The notes: generated by a model from the sequence alone, not told the origin. Positions 29,175-38,704 are shown, counted from the stretch's first letter. The stretch is DNA of 64,000 nucleotides from Candidatus Eremiobacteria bacterium (GCA_963737065.1 CAVTRC010000002.1:192001-256000), one strand, 5' to 3'. Numbers and translations: made by a program.

Positions 29175-31064
29175 ATGGCTTTCGATGCATTGAACATCGG
29201 GGTTAGCGGCCTGGACGCGTATCAGAGTTGGATCGACATGATTTCGAACAACATCGCGAATACGTCCACGACCGGGTTCAAAGGTCAACGCATGACCTTC
29301 GCGGACCAGTTTTATCAACAATTGCAAGGCGCAACCGGCCCATCGCAATCGCAAGGCGGAACGAATCCGCAAGATTTCGGTCTAGGCGTGAAGGTCAATA
29401 CCGTCGATACGCAGTTCGGTCAGGGCGGGCAACAAACCACCGGAATCAACACCGACATGATGATCAGCGGCGACGGATTCTTCGTGCTGCGCAGTCCGAA
29501 CGGTTCGAACACGCCGGTCTACACGCGTGACGGCGCGTTTTCGCTCAACCAGAACGGTTTGCTCTACGATCCGGGTTCGGGACTTGCCGTGCAGGGCTAC
29601 ACGGCGAACTCGAGCGGTCAGATCACCCAGACCGGCACGCCGTCGGACATCAACATTCCGATCGGTTTGACGGAACAGGCGACGGCAACGGGCGCCGGCG
29701 TGAAAGTCGGTCCGAACACCAGCGATCAGGTCTTCGATATGCAGATGGGCGGTAATCTCGACCAAACGCAATGGCAGCAACAGTTCGAGAACCACATCGG
29801 CGCATCGCCGACACCGGGCACCACAAAGACGATCTCAACGACGATCTACGACTCGCTCGGAAATGCGCACCAAGCAACGATCACGTATACTCCTGACACC
29901 GGCGGTGCGACGCCCGCGTCCTCGGCGTTGACCGCGAATGGCGCGCTCGCGGGCGGCGGGACACTCCTCACGGCCGCACCGACCTTTCCTCTGGACGGCA
30001 CGTTCAAAGGACCGAGTCCGACGACGGTTACCGTGGCCGTGCAGAACGGCGCGAGCGGACCGTATGCGCAGATTTCCGACGGTAACGGAAATACGATGAC
30101 CGGTTCCGCGAATCAAACGGTTACGTTCGACGGCGCGACCTTCACGCTCGGCAATTTCACTGCAGCTGATGCGGCGTCCGGAGCTTCGTCAACGTTTAGT
30201 CTCACTGCGGCGACGAACGGATTGCCGGCATCGGTCGACAATGCTGCGGGAGTCGCTGAAGCACCCGCGACGCGTTGGTCGGTAAGCGTTAGTTTCGCCG
30301 ATGGAACGCAATTCTCGGCGATCACGCAGGGCGCGAGCGAGAATGGCGCGGGCGTCGTCACACCGGCCACGACCGCAACGGCGAGTTCCGGTACGATCGG
30401 ATACGCGTATTTCGATCAGAACGGTCAGTTCATCAACACGTCGTCGATCGAAACGGTGCCGGCCGGTGGCGTGATCGGGCCGAATCAAGCGGCGTACCTG
30501 CACACGACCGGCAATCAGCCTTCGGTTACCGACGGCAACCAACTCAACATCGCCGTTTGGGGAACGGGCGCCGGAAATAATTCGACCGCCGGCGGTGTGC
30601 CCGCGACGCCCGGACCGATCGGTCTTGACTTCTCGGAGAACGCAAGCCTCGCCGGCGACTATTCAGCGAACGTCGTTTCACAGAACGGATACGCCGCCGG
30701 AACGCTCTCGAACATTTCCGTCGGACAGGACGGAGCGATCACCGGGTCGTTCACCAATGGCCAAACCAAAACGCTCGCGCAGCTCGCGATCGCAACGTTC
30801 CAAAACGAAGACGGACTGCAGCGGCTGGGCAGCAACCAGTTTGGGGCTACCGCGGCGTCGGGTCTCGCTCAACTCGGTACTGCCGCAAGCGGACGTTTCG
30901 GCAGCATCGTCGACGGAGCGTTGGAAGAATCGAACGTCGATCTTGCCGATCAATTTACGAAGCTCATCGTGGCGCAACGTGCATTCGAAGCGAATTCCCG
31001 CGGCATCACGACGGCCGACCAGAACTTGATCGACCTCATCAACATGCGCGCTTCGGAGAACTAA
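29175..31064 (+). CDS. flgE: flagellar hook protein (long form)
   Basis: GVSGL..ISNNIAN..TTGFK, GDGFF, YTRDGAF, IYDSLGNAH, LEESNVDLA..LIVAQRAFEANSR. Confidence 0.95.
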   Translation: MAFDALNIGVSGLDAYQSWIDMISNNIANTSTTGFKGQRMTFADQFYQQLQGATGPSQSQGGTNPQDFGLGVKVNTVDTQFGQGGQQTTGINTDMMISGDGFFVLRSPNGSNTPVYTRDGAFSLNQNGLLYDPGSGLAVQGYTANSSGQITQTGTPSDINIPIGLTEQATATGAGVKVGPNTSDQVFDMQMGGNLDQTQWQQQFENHIGASPTPGTTKTISTTIYDSLGNAHQATITYTPDTGGATPASSALTANGALAGGGTLLTAAPTFPLDGTFKGPSPTTVTVAVQNGASGPYAQISDGNGNTMTGSANQTVTFDGATFTLGNFTAADAASGASSTFSLTAATNGLPASVDNAAGVAEAPATRWSVSVSFADGTQFSAITQGASENGAGVVTPATTATASSGTIGYAYFDQNGQFINTSSIETVPAGGVIGPNQAAYLHTTGNQPSVTDGNQLNIAVWGTGAGNNSTAGGVPATPGPIGLDFSENASLAGDYSANVVSQNGYAAGTLSNISVGQDGAITGSFTNGQTKTLAQLAIATFQNEDGLQRLGSNQFGATAASGLAQLGTAASGRFGSIVDGALEESNVDLADQFTKLIVAQRAFEANSRGITTADQNLIDLINMRASEN

Positions 31065-31076
31065 CAGACTTTATCT

Positions 31077-31325
31077 GCCAAAGCTAAAGCTTTGTCGGCT
31101 AAAGTCGCGTGATATGTGTAGCAGCAACGCCAAAGCTAAAGCTTTGTCGGCTAAAGTCGCGTGATATGTGTAGCAGCAACGCCAAAGCTAAAGCTTTGTC
31201 GGCTAAAGTCGCGTGATATGTGTAGCAGCAAGGCCAAAGCTAAAGCTTTGTCGGCTAAAGTCGCGTGATATGTGTAGCAGCAAGGCCAAAGCTAAAGCTT
31301 TGTCGACTAAAGTCAGCTGATATGT
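31077..31325. repeat. tandem array of 52-bp hairpin-containing units (4 near-identical + 1 degenerate)
   Basis: Unit GCCAAAGCTAAAGCTTTGTCGGCTAAAGTCGCGTGATATGTGTAGCAGCAA(C/G) starting at 31077, 31129, 31181, 31233 and 31285. Confidence 0.95.
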
Positions 31326-31394
31326 ATTGCCAAGGATGGCGAGTACTCGGGGCGGCAGAGCAGCATCTGCCGCCCTTACCTTTGGAGGTTCCCC

Positions 31395-31595
31395 GTGATA
31401 GCACTGACCCGCCTAAACGGCCAGCCGGTCATGGTCAATTCGGACCTGATCGAGCAGATCGAAGAAACCCCTGACACCGTCGTCACGCTGACGTCCGGAA
31501 ACCGTCTCGTCGTACGCGACCGCATGACGGACGTGCAAGCGAAGATCGTTGAGTTCAAGCGGCGGATCCACGCGCCCGAACGGGGAGAGACCTAG
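31395..31595 (+). CDS. flbD: flagellar protein FlbD/SwrD
   Basis: MIALTRLNG..VNSDLIEQIEETPDTVVTLTSG. Confidence 0.92.
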   Translation: MIALTRLNGQPVMVNSDLIEQIEETPDTVVTLTSGNRLVVRDRMTDVQAKIVEFKRRIHAPERGET

Positions 31596-31675
31596 CGAGC
31601 ACATCGTACTGAGCTTGAGTAACCTGCTGCCTCGGCCGATACCCGATAAGACGCGGCTGTAAGCGGAGAGCGATC

Positions 31676-32518
31676 TTGGATTTTGCGACAGTCATCGGCC
31701 TGGTTATCGGGTTCGGTGCGATTCTTTTGGCGGGCTGGGTAGGCGGGATCGACCCTCGAGTTTTTGTCGCGCGATGGGACGCCTTCGTTTTGATTCTCGG
31801 CGGTTCGATCGGTGCGACGTTGACGTCGTTCCCCATGCGAACGTTTTTCAAGGGATTCGGCGGGGGCTTGCGCACCGCGTTCTCGGAAGCCGACTATCAC
31901 GAACGCGACATCATCTCAACGCTCGTCTCGTTTGCTGAAAAGGCGCGTCGCGAAGGTCTGCTCGCGTTGGAAAACGAGGCCGCTGCGCTCGACGATGACT
32001 TCATGCGTAAAGGCATCCAACTCGTCATCGACGGCCGCGACACCGAAATCATTCGTAAAGTGTTGGAGACGGAGGTCTCCAACGCGCAAGAGCAAGGCGC
32101 AAAGGCCGAACAAGTTTTCATCAGTCTAGGCGGGTACTCGCCGACGCTCGGCATTATCGGTACGGTCCTCGGACTCATAGGCATGTTGAAATCGCTCGGT
32201 GAAGCAAATCAGAGCACGAACATCGCGGGGTCGATCGGGACCGAAACGGCGGTTGCGTTCGTTGCGACGTTCTTCGGCATCATGTTCGCGAACTTACTGT
32301 GGCTTCCGATCGGCAACAAGATCAAGGAACGCAACGGAGAGATGCTGCTGATGCGCGAGATCATGATCGAAGGCATTCTCGCGATTCAAGCCGGCGATAA
32401 CCCGCGTCTGCTCGAAGAGAAACTTCTCGCGTTCCTCGATCCGAAAGAACGGGAAACCGAAATCGAAGAAGGCGGCGCCATGGCGGGCGAAGCCGGCTAC
32501 TCTGCGTCGTCGGCATAG
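31676..32518 (+). CDS. motA: flagellar stator MotA
   Basis: ARREGLLALE, GIQLVIDG, PTLGIIGTVLGLI, AFVATFFG, GDNPR. Confidence 0.95.
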   Translation: MDFATVIGLVIGFGAILLAGWVGGIDPRVFVARWDAFVLILGGSIGATLTSFPMRTFFKGFGGGLRTAFSEADYHERDIISTLVSFAEKARREGLLALENEAAALDDDFMRKGIQLVIDGRDTEIIRKVLETEVSNAQEQGAKAEQVFISLGGYSPTLGIIGTVLGLIGMLKSLGEANQSTNIAGSIGTETAVAFVATFFGIMFANLLWLPIGNKIKERNGEMLLMREIMIEGILAIQAGDNPRLLEEKLLAFLDPKERETEIEEGGAMAGEAGYSASSA

Positions 32519-32529
32519 CGTTATCGTCC

Positions 32530-33312
32530 GTGGCACAACCGATCAAAGCGGCCGCTCGCGCAGCCGAGTCGAATCTGCGCAAGAAGAAGTCCGAAGAAAA
32601 ATTGGAGACGGCGGGCATGATGCGCTGGCTCCTGACGTACGCGGACATGATCACCCTCATGCTCGCGCTCTTTATTATTCTTTTCGCGATGTCGACGATC
32701 AGCCGCGTCAAGGTGCAGGCATTTGCTAAGTCGGTATCGGGCGGGTTCGACAACGTATGGTCCGTGAATCAGCCGCCGAACGGCGGTGTGAACGGAGAGC
32801 AATCGTTCGAAGCGACCTCGAGCATTCCGGCGATACAAAAGGAACTCGAAAAGTACGTCAAGCAGAACCATCTCGAAAATCAAGTGCAAGTACACGCCGG
32901 CGCGCGCGGTCTGACGATTACGCTTTTGTCCGACGAGTCGTTCTATGATAGCGGCAGCGCGCAGTTGCGCCCCCAAACGCAGAAAATCATCGACGGAATT
33001 GCGCCGTTTATCAGGCGAAACGGCGACGAAATCGCGATCAACGGATTCGCCGACAACGTGCCGATTTCGACGCCGCAGTTCCCGACGAATTGGGAACTGT
33101 CGGCAGCGCGTGCGGTCGGCGTCGCCCGGCGTTTGGTCGAGAACGACGGCATGAATCCTCGACGCATAACCGCGGCCGCTTATGGAGAGTACCGGCCGCG
33201 TAATAACAACTCCACGGATGCAGAGCGCCAAGCGAACCGGCGCGTCGATATCGTATTGCTTCGCGGCAACGGTACTGCGGCGCCGAGTTCACGCCAAGAG
33301 AAAGGGCCGTAG
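32530..33312 (+). CDS. motB: flagellar stator MotB
   Basis: WLLTYADMITL TM motif; OmpA-like NWELSAARA, NRRVDI. Confidence 0.95.
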   Translation: MAQPIKAAARAAESNLRKKKSEEKLETAGMMRWLLTYADMITLMLALFIILFAMSTISRVKVQAFAKSVSGGFDNVWSVNQPPNGGVNGEQSFEATSSIPAIQKELEKYVKQNHLENQVQVHAGARGLTITLLSDESFYDSGSAQLRPQTQKIIDGIAPFIRRNGDEIAINGFADNVPISTPQFPTNWELSAARAVGVARRLVENDGMNPRRITAAAYGEYRPRNNNSTDAERQANRRVDIVLLRGNGTAAPSSRQEKGP

Positions 33313-33321
33313 CTCCGCTGC

Positions 33322-34317
33322 ATGTCTAGTCTTTCACAAGAAGAGATTGATGCGCTCATCAATCAACTCTCCGGTACCGGGGGCGCCCCCGCGAAGGAAG
33401 CAATCGATGGACGACGCGTAAAGTCGTTCGATTTTCGCTTCAACAAGCGTCTCGACAAATTCACCAACAATCAGCTGCAGACGCTTCGGACGCTGCACGA
33501 GAACTTCACCCGCCTTCTCAATAACTCGCTCTCCGTCTACCTGCGTACACGAGTCGAAGCGACGATCGTCTCCATCGAGCAGATCAGCTACGGAGATTTC
33601 ATCGCATCGATCGGCATTCCGTCGATCCTCGGGATCTATTCGATGGATCCGCTGCCCGGCAGCGGCATCGTGCAGGTCGATCTCAACCTCGTTTTTTCCA
33701 TCATCGACCGTTTGCTCGGCGGTCCGGGTTGGTTCCCCAACAAGCTTCGCGACCTCACCGACATCGAGCGCACGCTGATGCAGCGGTTCATGGCGCGCAT
33801 GCTCAACAGCTACCGAGAGTCGTGGAACTATCTCTTGACGCTTTCGCTGAAGATCGAAGCGCTCGATTCGAATCCGCAGTTCATTCCACGCATCATTCCG
33901 CTCGACCAAGTCGTCGCGTACGTTTCGATGGAACTCAAGATCGGCGATATGGCGGGCATCATGAATTTCTGCTTGCCGTACCTCGTGCTGCAGTCGATTA
34001 GTACGCAACTCACCGATTTCCAATGGTCACCCACCGTGATGGCCGGACGCGGCATGACCGAAGAAGACATCGCGCAGCTCACGCGCAACGTCGAACGCGC
34101 CGGCGTCGAAGTACAGGTCGAACTCGGCCAGACGATGGTGTCGCTGCGCGATCTGGTGAGCCTGCGCGAAGGCGACATCGTGGTGTTCGACAAGCCGACC
34201 AGCGAGCCGTTATCGGCGCGCGTAAACGAGCGGGAGAAGTTCCGCGTGTTCCCCGGCATCAACAAAGAGCACTTGGCCGTGCAAGTTTCACGCGTCATAG
34301 CGAACGAGGACGAGTAA
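33322..34317 (+). CDS. fliM: flagellar motor switch protein
   Basis: LSQEEIDALI, IIDRLLGG.G, LTDIE, SpoA C-terminus. Confidence 0.96.
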   Translation: MSSLSQEEIDALINQLSGTGGAPAKEAIDGRRVKSFDFRFNKRLDKFTNNQLQTLRTLHENFTRLLNNSLSVYLRTRVEATIVSIEQISYGDFIASIGIPSILGIYSMDPLPGSGIVQVDLNLVFSIIDRLLGGPGWFPNKLRDLTDIERTLMQRFMARMLNSYRESWNYLLTLSLKIEALDSNPQFIPRIIPLDQVVAYVSMELKIGDMAGIMNFCLPYLVLQSISTQLTDFQWSPTVMAGRGMTEEDIAQLTRNVERAGVEVQVELGQTMVSLRDLVSLREGDIVVFDKPTSEPLSARVNEREKFRVFPGINKEHLAVQVSRVIANEDE

Positions 34318-34320
34318 TCC

Positions 34321-35238
34321 ATGCCCGATACACAACAGCTTGCCGATGCGATGCTCGCCGCCGCCGGATCCGTTCTCGGCCGGTTGGTGGAAACACCGCC
34401 GTCGATCAGTCGCGCGACGCGGCACGATCACGAGGGATCGATTCACACCGACGGTGAGGAGCTCGTAACGATCGCCGAAATCCCGTCCGTCGGCGCGCAA
34501 GTCGTCGTTCGTTTTCGAACCTCGGACATGCAGCAGATCGTCGGGCTCATGCTCGGCGGCACCGACGACATGGGTGAAATGGGACCGATGCAACTTTCGA
34601 TTGCTTCGGAAACCGTATCGCAGATCGCATCCGCGATGGTCGAAGCGCTCGCGAAAGGTGTCGGCACGTCAACTGACGGCGTGCACGCTGCGCTGTGCAG
34701 TGACGCAACGCTGCTTCCGCCGCCGCCGTTCGAATCGTATGACGGTACGGTCAGCATCGACGGCGATTTGTCGCCGAAGATCAGCATCGACTTCGCCGCT
34801 ATCACGCTCTCGAAACTGGGGCTCGGCATGGGACAAAGCGCATCTGCGGCGCCCGAACCGGCGCACGTTCGCGAACCGGAACCCGTCGCCGTGGCGCCCG
34901 CGAAGCAGAAAGCAGCTGCGACCCCGGCCAATGCGCAAACCGTAGAATACACATCGATGCAGCCGACGCACGTCCGTGCCGCGCAACCTGGTCAGGCCAA
35001 CCTCGATCTGGTCCACGACGTGCCGCTGCAGATCAGCGCGGTCCTCGGCAAAACCGTAATGCCCCTGCGCGAAGTCGTGTCGTTTGCATCCGGAACGGTG
35101 TTCGAGTTGGACAAACTTGCAGCGGAGCCGATCGATCTGTACGTCAACAACATCTTGATTGCGCGCGGTGAAGTCGTCGTCGTCGACGACAAATACGCGG
35201 TGAAGATCTCTGAACTCAATCCCCAAGTAGGAACGTAA
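34321..35238 (+). CDS. fliN: FliY/FliN-type switch protein (degenerate CheC-like N-terminus + FliN domain)
   Basis: NLDLVHDVPLQISAVLG..ELDKLAAEPIDLYVN..IARGEVVVVD; extra ~170-aa N-terminal domain. Confidence 0.85.
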   Translation: MPDTQQLADAMLAAAGSVLGRLVETPPSISRATRHDHEGSIHTDGEELVTIAEIPSVGAQVVVRFRTSDMQQIVGLMLGGTDDMGEMGPMQLSIASETVSQIASAMVEALAKGVGTSTDGVHAALCSDATLLPPPPFESYDGTVSIDGDLSPKISIDFAAITLSKLGLGMGQSASAAPEPAHVREPEPVAVAPAKQKAAATPANAQTVEYTSMQPTHVRAAQPGQANLDLVHDVPLQISAVLGKTVMPLREVVSFASGTVFELDKLAAEPIDLYVNNILIARGEVVVVDDKYAVKISELNPQVGT

Positions 35239-35289
35239 CGCGTCCGCGCGTCGCCTCGATGAAACGCGCATGCCGTTAATCTGATTTGT

Positions 35290-35643
35290 ATGTCCGGAAA
35301 TTTCTGGGTTAATTATATCCTCGCGCTTGCGGTCGTCGCCCTTATGCTCGGCGGCCTCTATGCGCTCGTGCGCGGTCTCGCGCGCGGGCGCGTTCTCTCT
35401 TCGGCGGATCGCCGTCTTGTAACCGTGCTAGAATCGACTGCGCTTGGTCAGCACACGGCGGTGCACGTCGTCAAGGTCGGAAACAATTACTTTCTGCTCG
35501 GTGCCGGCAATGGCCATGTAACGGCGCTTGGTGAACTGGGATGCAACGATGTCGAAACGTGGCTCGCTGAACAACGCACGTTGATCGGCGTTCAACGCGC
35601 ATCGCTCGTCGATGCCTTCAAGTTCTTGCGCGGGAAACAGTAG
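35290..35643 (+). CDS. fliO: flagellar biosynthesis protein FliO
   Basis: TM + VLESTALG..VHVVKVG..FLLG; between fliN and fliP. Confidence 0.85.
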   Translation: MSGNFWVNYILALAVVALMLGGLYALVRGLARGRVLSSADRRLVTVLESTALGQHTAVHVVKVGNNYFLLGAGNGHVTALGELGCNDVETWLAEQRTLIGVQRASLVDAFKFLRGKQ

Positions 35644-35645
35644 CG

Positions 35646-36455
35646 GTGCGCGAGATCGTCAAACAGCTCTGGGCGCGCCATGGCGCCGTGCTTCTGTGCG
35701 CCGCGTTCGCCGTTTTCACGATGTGGGTCGTACCGGCGATCGCGACCGCGCAAACGGCGCCGACCACGCCGGCGGTTCCCATTCCGCAGGTGAATATCGG
35801 CGTCGGGCAGGCCAAGAGCCCGCAGCAAGTCGTCGGCGCGTTGCAGATCCTCTTGCTGCTAACGGTGCTCGCGTTAGCACCGACGCTGCTCGTCATGGTC
35901 ACGTCTTTTACGCGCATCATCGTCGTGCTCTCATTTGTCCGCACCGCTATGGGCACGCAGAGCGTTCCGCCGAATCAGGTGCTGGTCGGCCTTGCGCTGC
36001 TCCTGACGTTTTTCGTGATGAACCCGGTGATTCGCGACGTCAACGCGAACGCCGTGCAGCCGTATCTCAAGAACCAGATCACGCAGCCTGTTGCACTGGA
36101 TCGTGCAATGACGCCGCTGCGCGCGTTCATGTTCAAGCAGACGCGTGAGAAAGACATTCAGCTCTTTTACTCGATTTCGAAAGAACCGCAGCCAGCCTCG
36201 CAAAAGGACGTCCCGACCTACCTGTTGATTCCCGCCTTCGTTCTCTCGGAGTTGAAGACCGCGTTTGAGATCGGCTTTGCGATCTACATTCCGTTCATCG
36301 TCATCGACATGGTCATCGCAAGCATCTTGCTCAGCATGGGCATGATGATGATCCCGCCGGTCATCATCTCGCTGCCGTTCAAGATCCTCATCTTTATCCT
36401 GGTCGACGGCTGGGATTTAACCGTGAGCGCGCTTTTCCAGAGTTTTCATCCCTAA
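35646..36455 (+). CDS. fliP: flagellar export gate protein
   Basis: TSFTRIIVVLS, PPNQVL, PAFVLSELKTAF, MGMMMIPP, LVDGW. Confidence 0.97.
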   Translation: MREIVKQLWARHGAVLLCAAFAVFTMWVVPAIATAQTAPTTPAVPIPQVNIGVGQAKSPQQVVGALQILLLLTVLALAPTLLVMVTSFTRIIVVLSFVRTAMGTQSVPPNQVLVGLALLLTFFVMNPVIRDVNANAVQPYLKNQITQPVALDRAMTPLRAFMFKQTREKDIQLFYSISKEPQPASQKDVPTYLLIPAFVLSELKTAFEIGFAIYIPFIVIDMVIASILLSMGMMMIPPVIISLPFKILIFILVDGWDLTVSALFQSFHP

Positions 36456-36510
36456 TGAAGATGCACGTTGCGCATTTTCCACTACGCGGTGGGCCCCGCG
36501 GAGCTTCGCT

Positions 36511-36780
36511 GTGAATTTCTCGGACGCGATTACGATAGGGCGCGAAGCGATCTTCATCGCGTTCTGCGCTGCGGGTCCGGTACTGCTGCTCAGCATGATC
36601 GTCGGGCTTGTCGTTTCGCTGTTTCAATCGGTGACGCAGATTCAGGAGCCTACGCTTGCGTTCATTCCGAAGATCGTCGTGTCCGCACTGGCGCTGCTGT
36701 TTTTCGGGCCGTTCATGCTCGCGATGCTGACCGACTTTACGTCGCGCATTTTCTCGAGTATTCCGAATTTCGTCAGGTAG
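36511..36780 (+). CDS. fliQ: flagellar export gate protein
   Basis: FQSVTQIQEPTLAFIPK. Confidence 0.95.
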   Translation: MNFSDAITIGREAIFIAFCAAGPVLLLSMIVGLVVSLFQSVTQIQEPTLAFIPKIVVSALALLFFGPFMLAMLTDFTSRIFSSIPNFVR

Positions 36781-36798
36781 GCGGAGGCGCTTCCTACG

Positions 36799-37578
36799 AT
36801 GGTTGACGTCTTCGGGCTGAGCGGCGCACAATTCGAGACCTTCGTGTTGGTCTTTTTGCGGGTGACGAGCATGCTCTACGTCTTTCCCGTGTTCTCGGCA
36901 CCGCAGATTCCGCCACAGTTGCGGTTTGGATTCGGGGTGATACTGTCGTATCTGCTCTACCGAATCGTTCCGCCAGTGCATCTCTCAAACGGCATCTACG
37001 ATCTGATCCTCGCCGGCGCGAGTCAAATCATGCTCGGCATGGTCGTCGGGTTTGTCGCGTCTCTGGTCTTCACCGGAATTCAGTTCGCGGGTGAATTGAT
37101 CGACTTGCAAATCGGCTTTGCCATCGCGAACGTCATCAACCCGCAGACTCAGCAAAACGTGACGATTATCGGCGAATTTCAACTCGCGATCGCGACGCTG
37201 ATCTTTCTCGCGACGAATTCACACTACTTTTTGATTCAAGGGATAGCGGGCTCGTTCAACCTCGTCCCGCTCCCCTACATTTCACCGGATCCTAGTCTCG
37301 CGGGAAACATCACGCTCTTTTTTACGCAAGCGTTTCTCATCGTGTTCCGCATCGCCGCGCCGGTCGTTGCGGCGCTCTTTCTGACAAACGTGGCGCTTGC
37401 GTTCCTAGCCCGCGTCGCACCGCAGATGAACGTCTTCGTCGTCGGCCTTCCCGTTCAGATTGGCGTCGGCCTCATCATGATGGCCGTCAGCCTTCCGCTG
37501 ATGGCGACGGTTGGACCCGAGTTATTCCAAACGGTCGCGCAACAAATGGACGCCGTAATGCGCAGCCTCCACGGCTAA
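36799..37578 (+). CDS. fliR: flagellar export gate protein
   Basis: AGELIDLQIGF, ARVAPQMNVFVVGLP. Confidence 0.95.
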   Translation: MVDVFGLSGAQFETFVLVFLRVTSMLYVFPVFSAPQIPPQLRFGFGVILSYLLYRIVPPVHLSNGIYDLILAGASQIMLGMVVGFVASLVFTGIQFAGELIDLQIGFAIANVINPQTQQNVTIIGEFQLAIATLIFLATNSHYFLIQGIAGSFNLVPLPYISPDPSLAGNITLFFTQAFLIVFRIAAPVVAALFLTNVALAFLARVAPQMNVFVVGLPVQIGVGLIMMAVSLPLMATVGPELFQTVAQQMDAVMRSLHG

Positions 37579-37591
37579 TCGCGTTAGGCGG

Positions 37592-38617
37592 CTAGAAATA
37601 CCGGAATTGTCCGACTTTCGAGGCGGCTTGCTCGGTGAAGTAGACCTCGTTGTCCGGGCCGAGCGAAACCCACCATGGAACCGAGGCGCTCGTCTTTGTT
37701 GCGAACGTCGTAACTTTGCCGGTGCTCGGGATGAATTGCGCGATTGCGCTCCCCTGCGAATCCGCGATGTAGTAGTTGCCGTCGATACCGGCCGTGAGTC
37801 CGAACGGCGCCTTCACGCCGCCGAGCGTCGTTTCGGAGCTCAGCACACCGGAGGTCGTCATGCGTCCGATTTTGTCGCTGCTCGTTTCGGTGAACCAGAG
37901 CGCGTTGTCCGTACCCTGAATGATCACGCCGCCGCCGCTCAGGCTGCCCGAAAGTCCGCCGTACTCAATCACGCCCGTTGTGGGCGCTTGCGCGGGAGCG
38001 ATGGTGCCCACTTTGTTCGAAAACGTGTCGAGAAACCACAGGGCGCCGTTTGCACCGGCCGTGATCGAGGTCGGCTTCGATCCCGCCGGAAGCCCGTAGA
38101 AGGTCGGGATGCCCGCCGTCGTCACGTGCCAGATGCCCGGATTGGTCGCCGACTGGTCGGTCACCCACAGCGCACCGTCTGGTCCACTGACGATGCCCCA
38201 CGGGCGTGAGGCCAAACCGAGCGGAAATTCCGTGAAGATGCCGGTGGTCGTGATCCGGCCGATCTGTCCGATAGCGGATTCGGTGAACCATAACGCGCCG
38301 TCGGGTCCGGTTGTAATGGTTAACGGCTTCGAGTTGGCGCTGGGGACCGTATATTCGCTGACCTGAGCCAGCTGATTGAGTTGGCCGATCTTATTGACGG
38401 CCGTCTCCGTGAACCAAAGGCTCGAGTTTGGCCCGGTAACGATGCCGCCCGGCTGGGCTGCCGACGTTTGCGTTGGGTACTCGCTTGAAACGAATGGCGT
38501 GATCGTCGGCGCCGGCGTCGCGGTGCCGCTCGTTATCGGGGTGGTTTTGCCGCACGCGGCCAGCAGGACGGCCGCAAACGCGCCGGCTAGCGAGGCCAGC
38601 GCTAATTTCGAACTCAT
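37592..38617 (-). CDS. Vgb (virginiamycin B lyase)-like beta-propeller lipoprotein
   Basis: Lipobox LAAC; seven repeats of P.GI..GPDGALWFTE....IGRIT. Confidence 0.85.
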   Translation of the reverse strand: MSSKLALASLAGAFAAVLLAACGKTTPITSGTATPAPTITPFVSSEYPTQTSAAQPGGIVTGPNSSLWFTETAVNKIGQLNQLAQVSEYTVPSANSKPLTITTGPDGALWFTESAIGQIGRITTTGIFTEFPLGLASRPWGIVSGPDGALWVTDQSATNPGIWHVTTAGIPTFYGLPAGSKPTSITAGANGALWFLDTFSNKVGTIAPAQAPTTGVIEYGGLSGSLSGGGVIIQGTDNALWFTETSSDKIGRMTTSGVLSSETTLGGVKAPFGLTAGIDGNYYIADSQGSAIAQFIPSTGKVTTFATKTSASVPWWVSLGPDNEVYFTEQAASKVGQFRYF

Positions 38618-38704
38618 CTGTTACGGGTCTTCCTTTCGGGTCAGCTCCCTTATTAGCACAGCGCGGCGCGGCTCCCCCTGTGACCCACAGCCCGAGCTAG
38701 CGTC

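Noticed and set aside
31085..31114. sigma28 promoter within each 52-bp unit
   Set aside because: TAAA is present, but the -10-like GCGTGATA is poorly matched and at the wrong spacing.
31077..31325. CRISPR array
   Set aside because: Units are contiguous and near-identical with no unique spacers, and there are no cas genes in the window.
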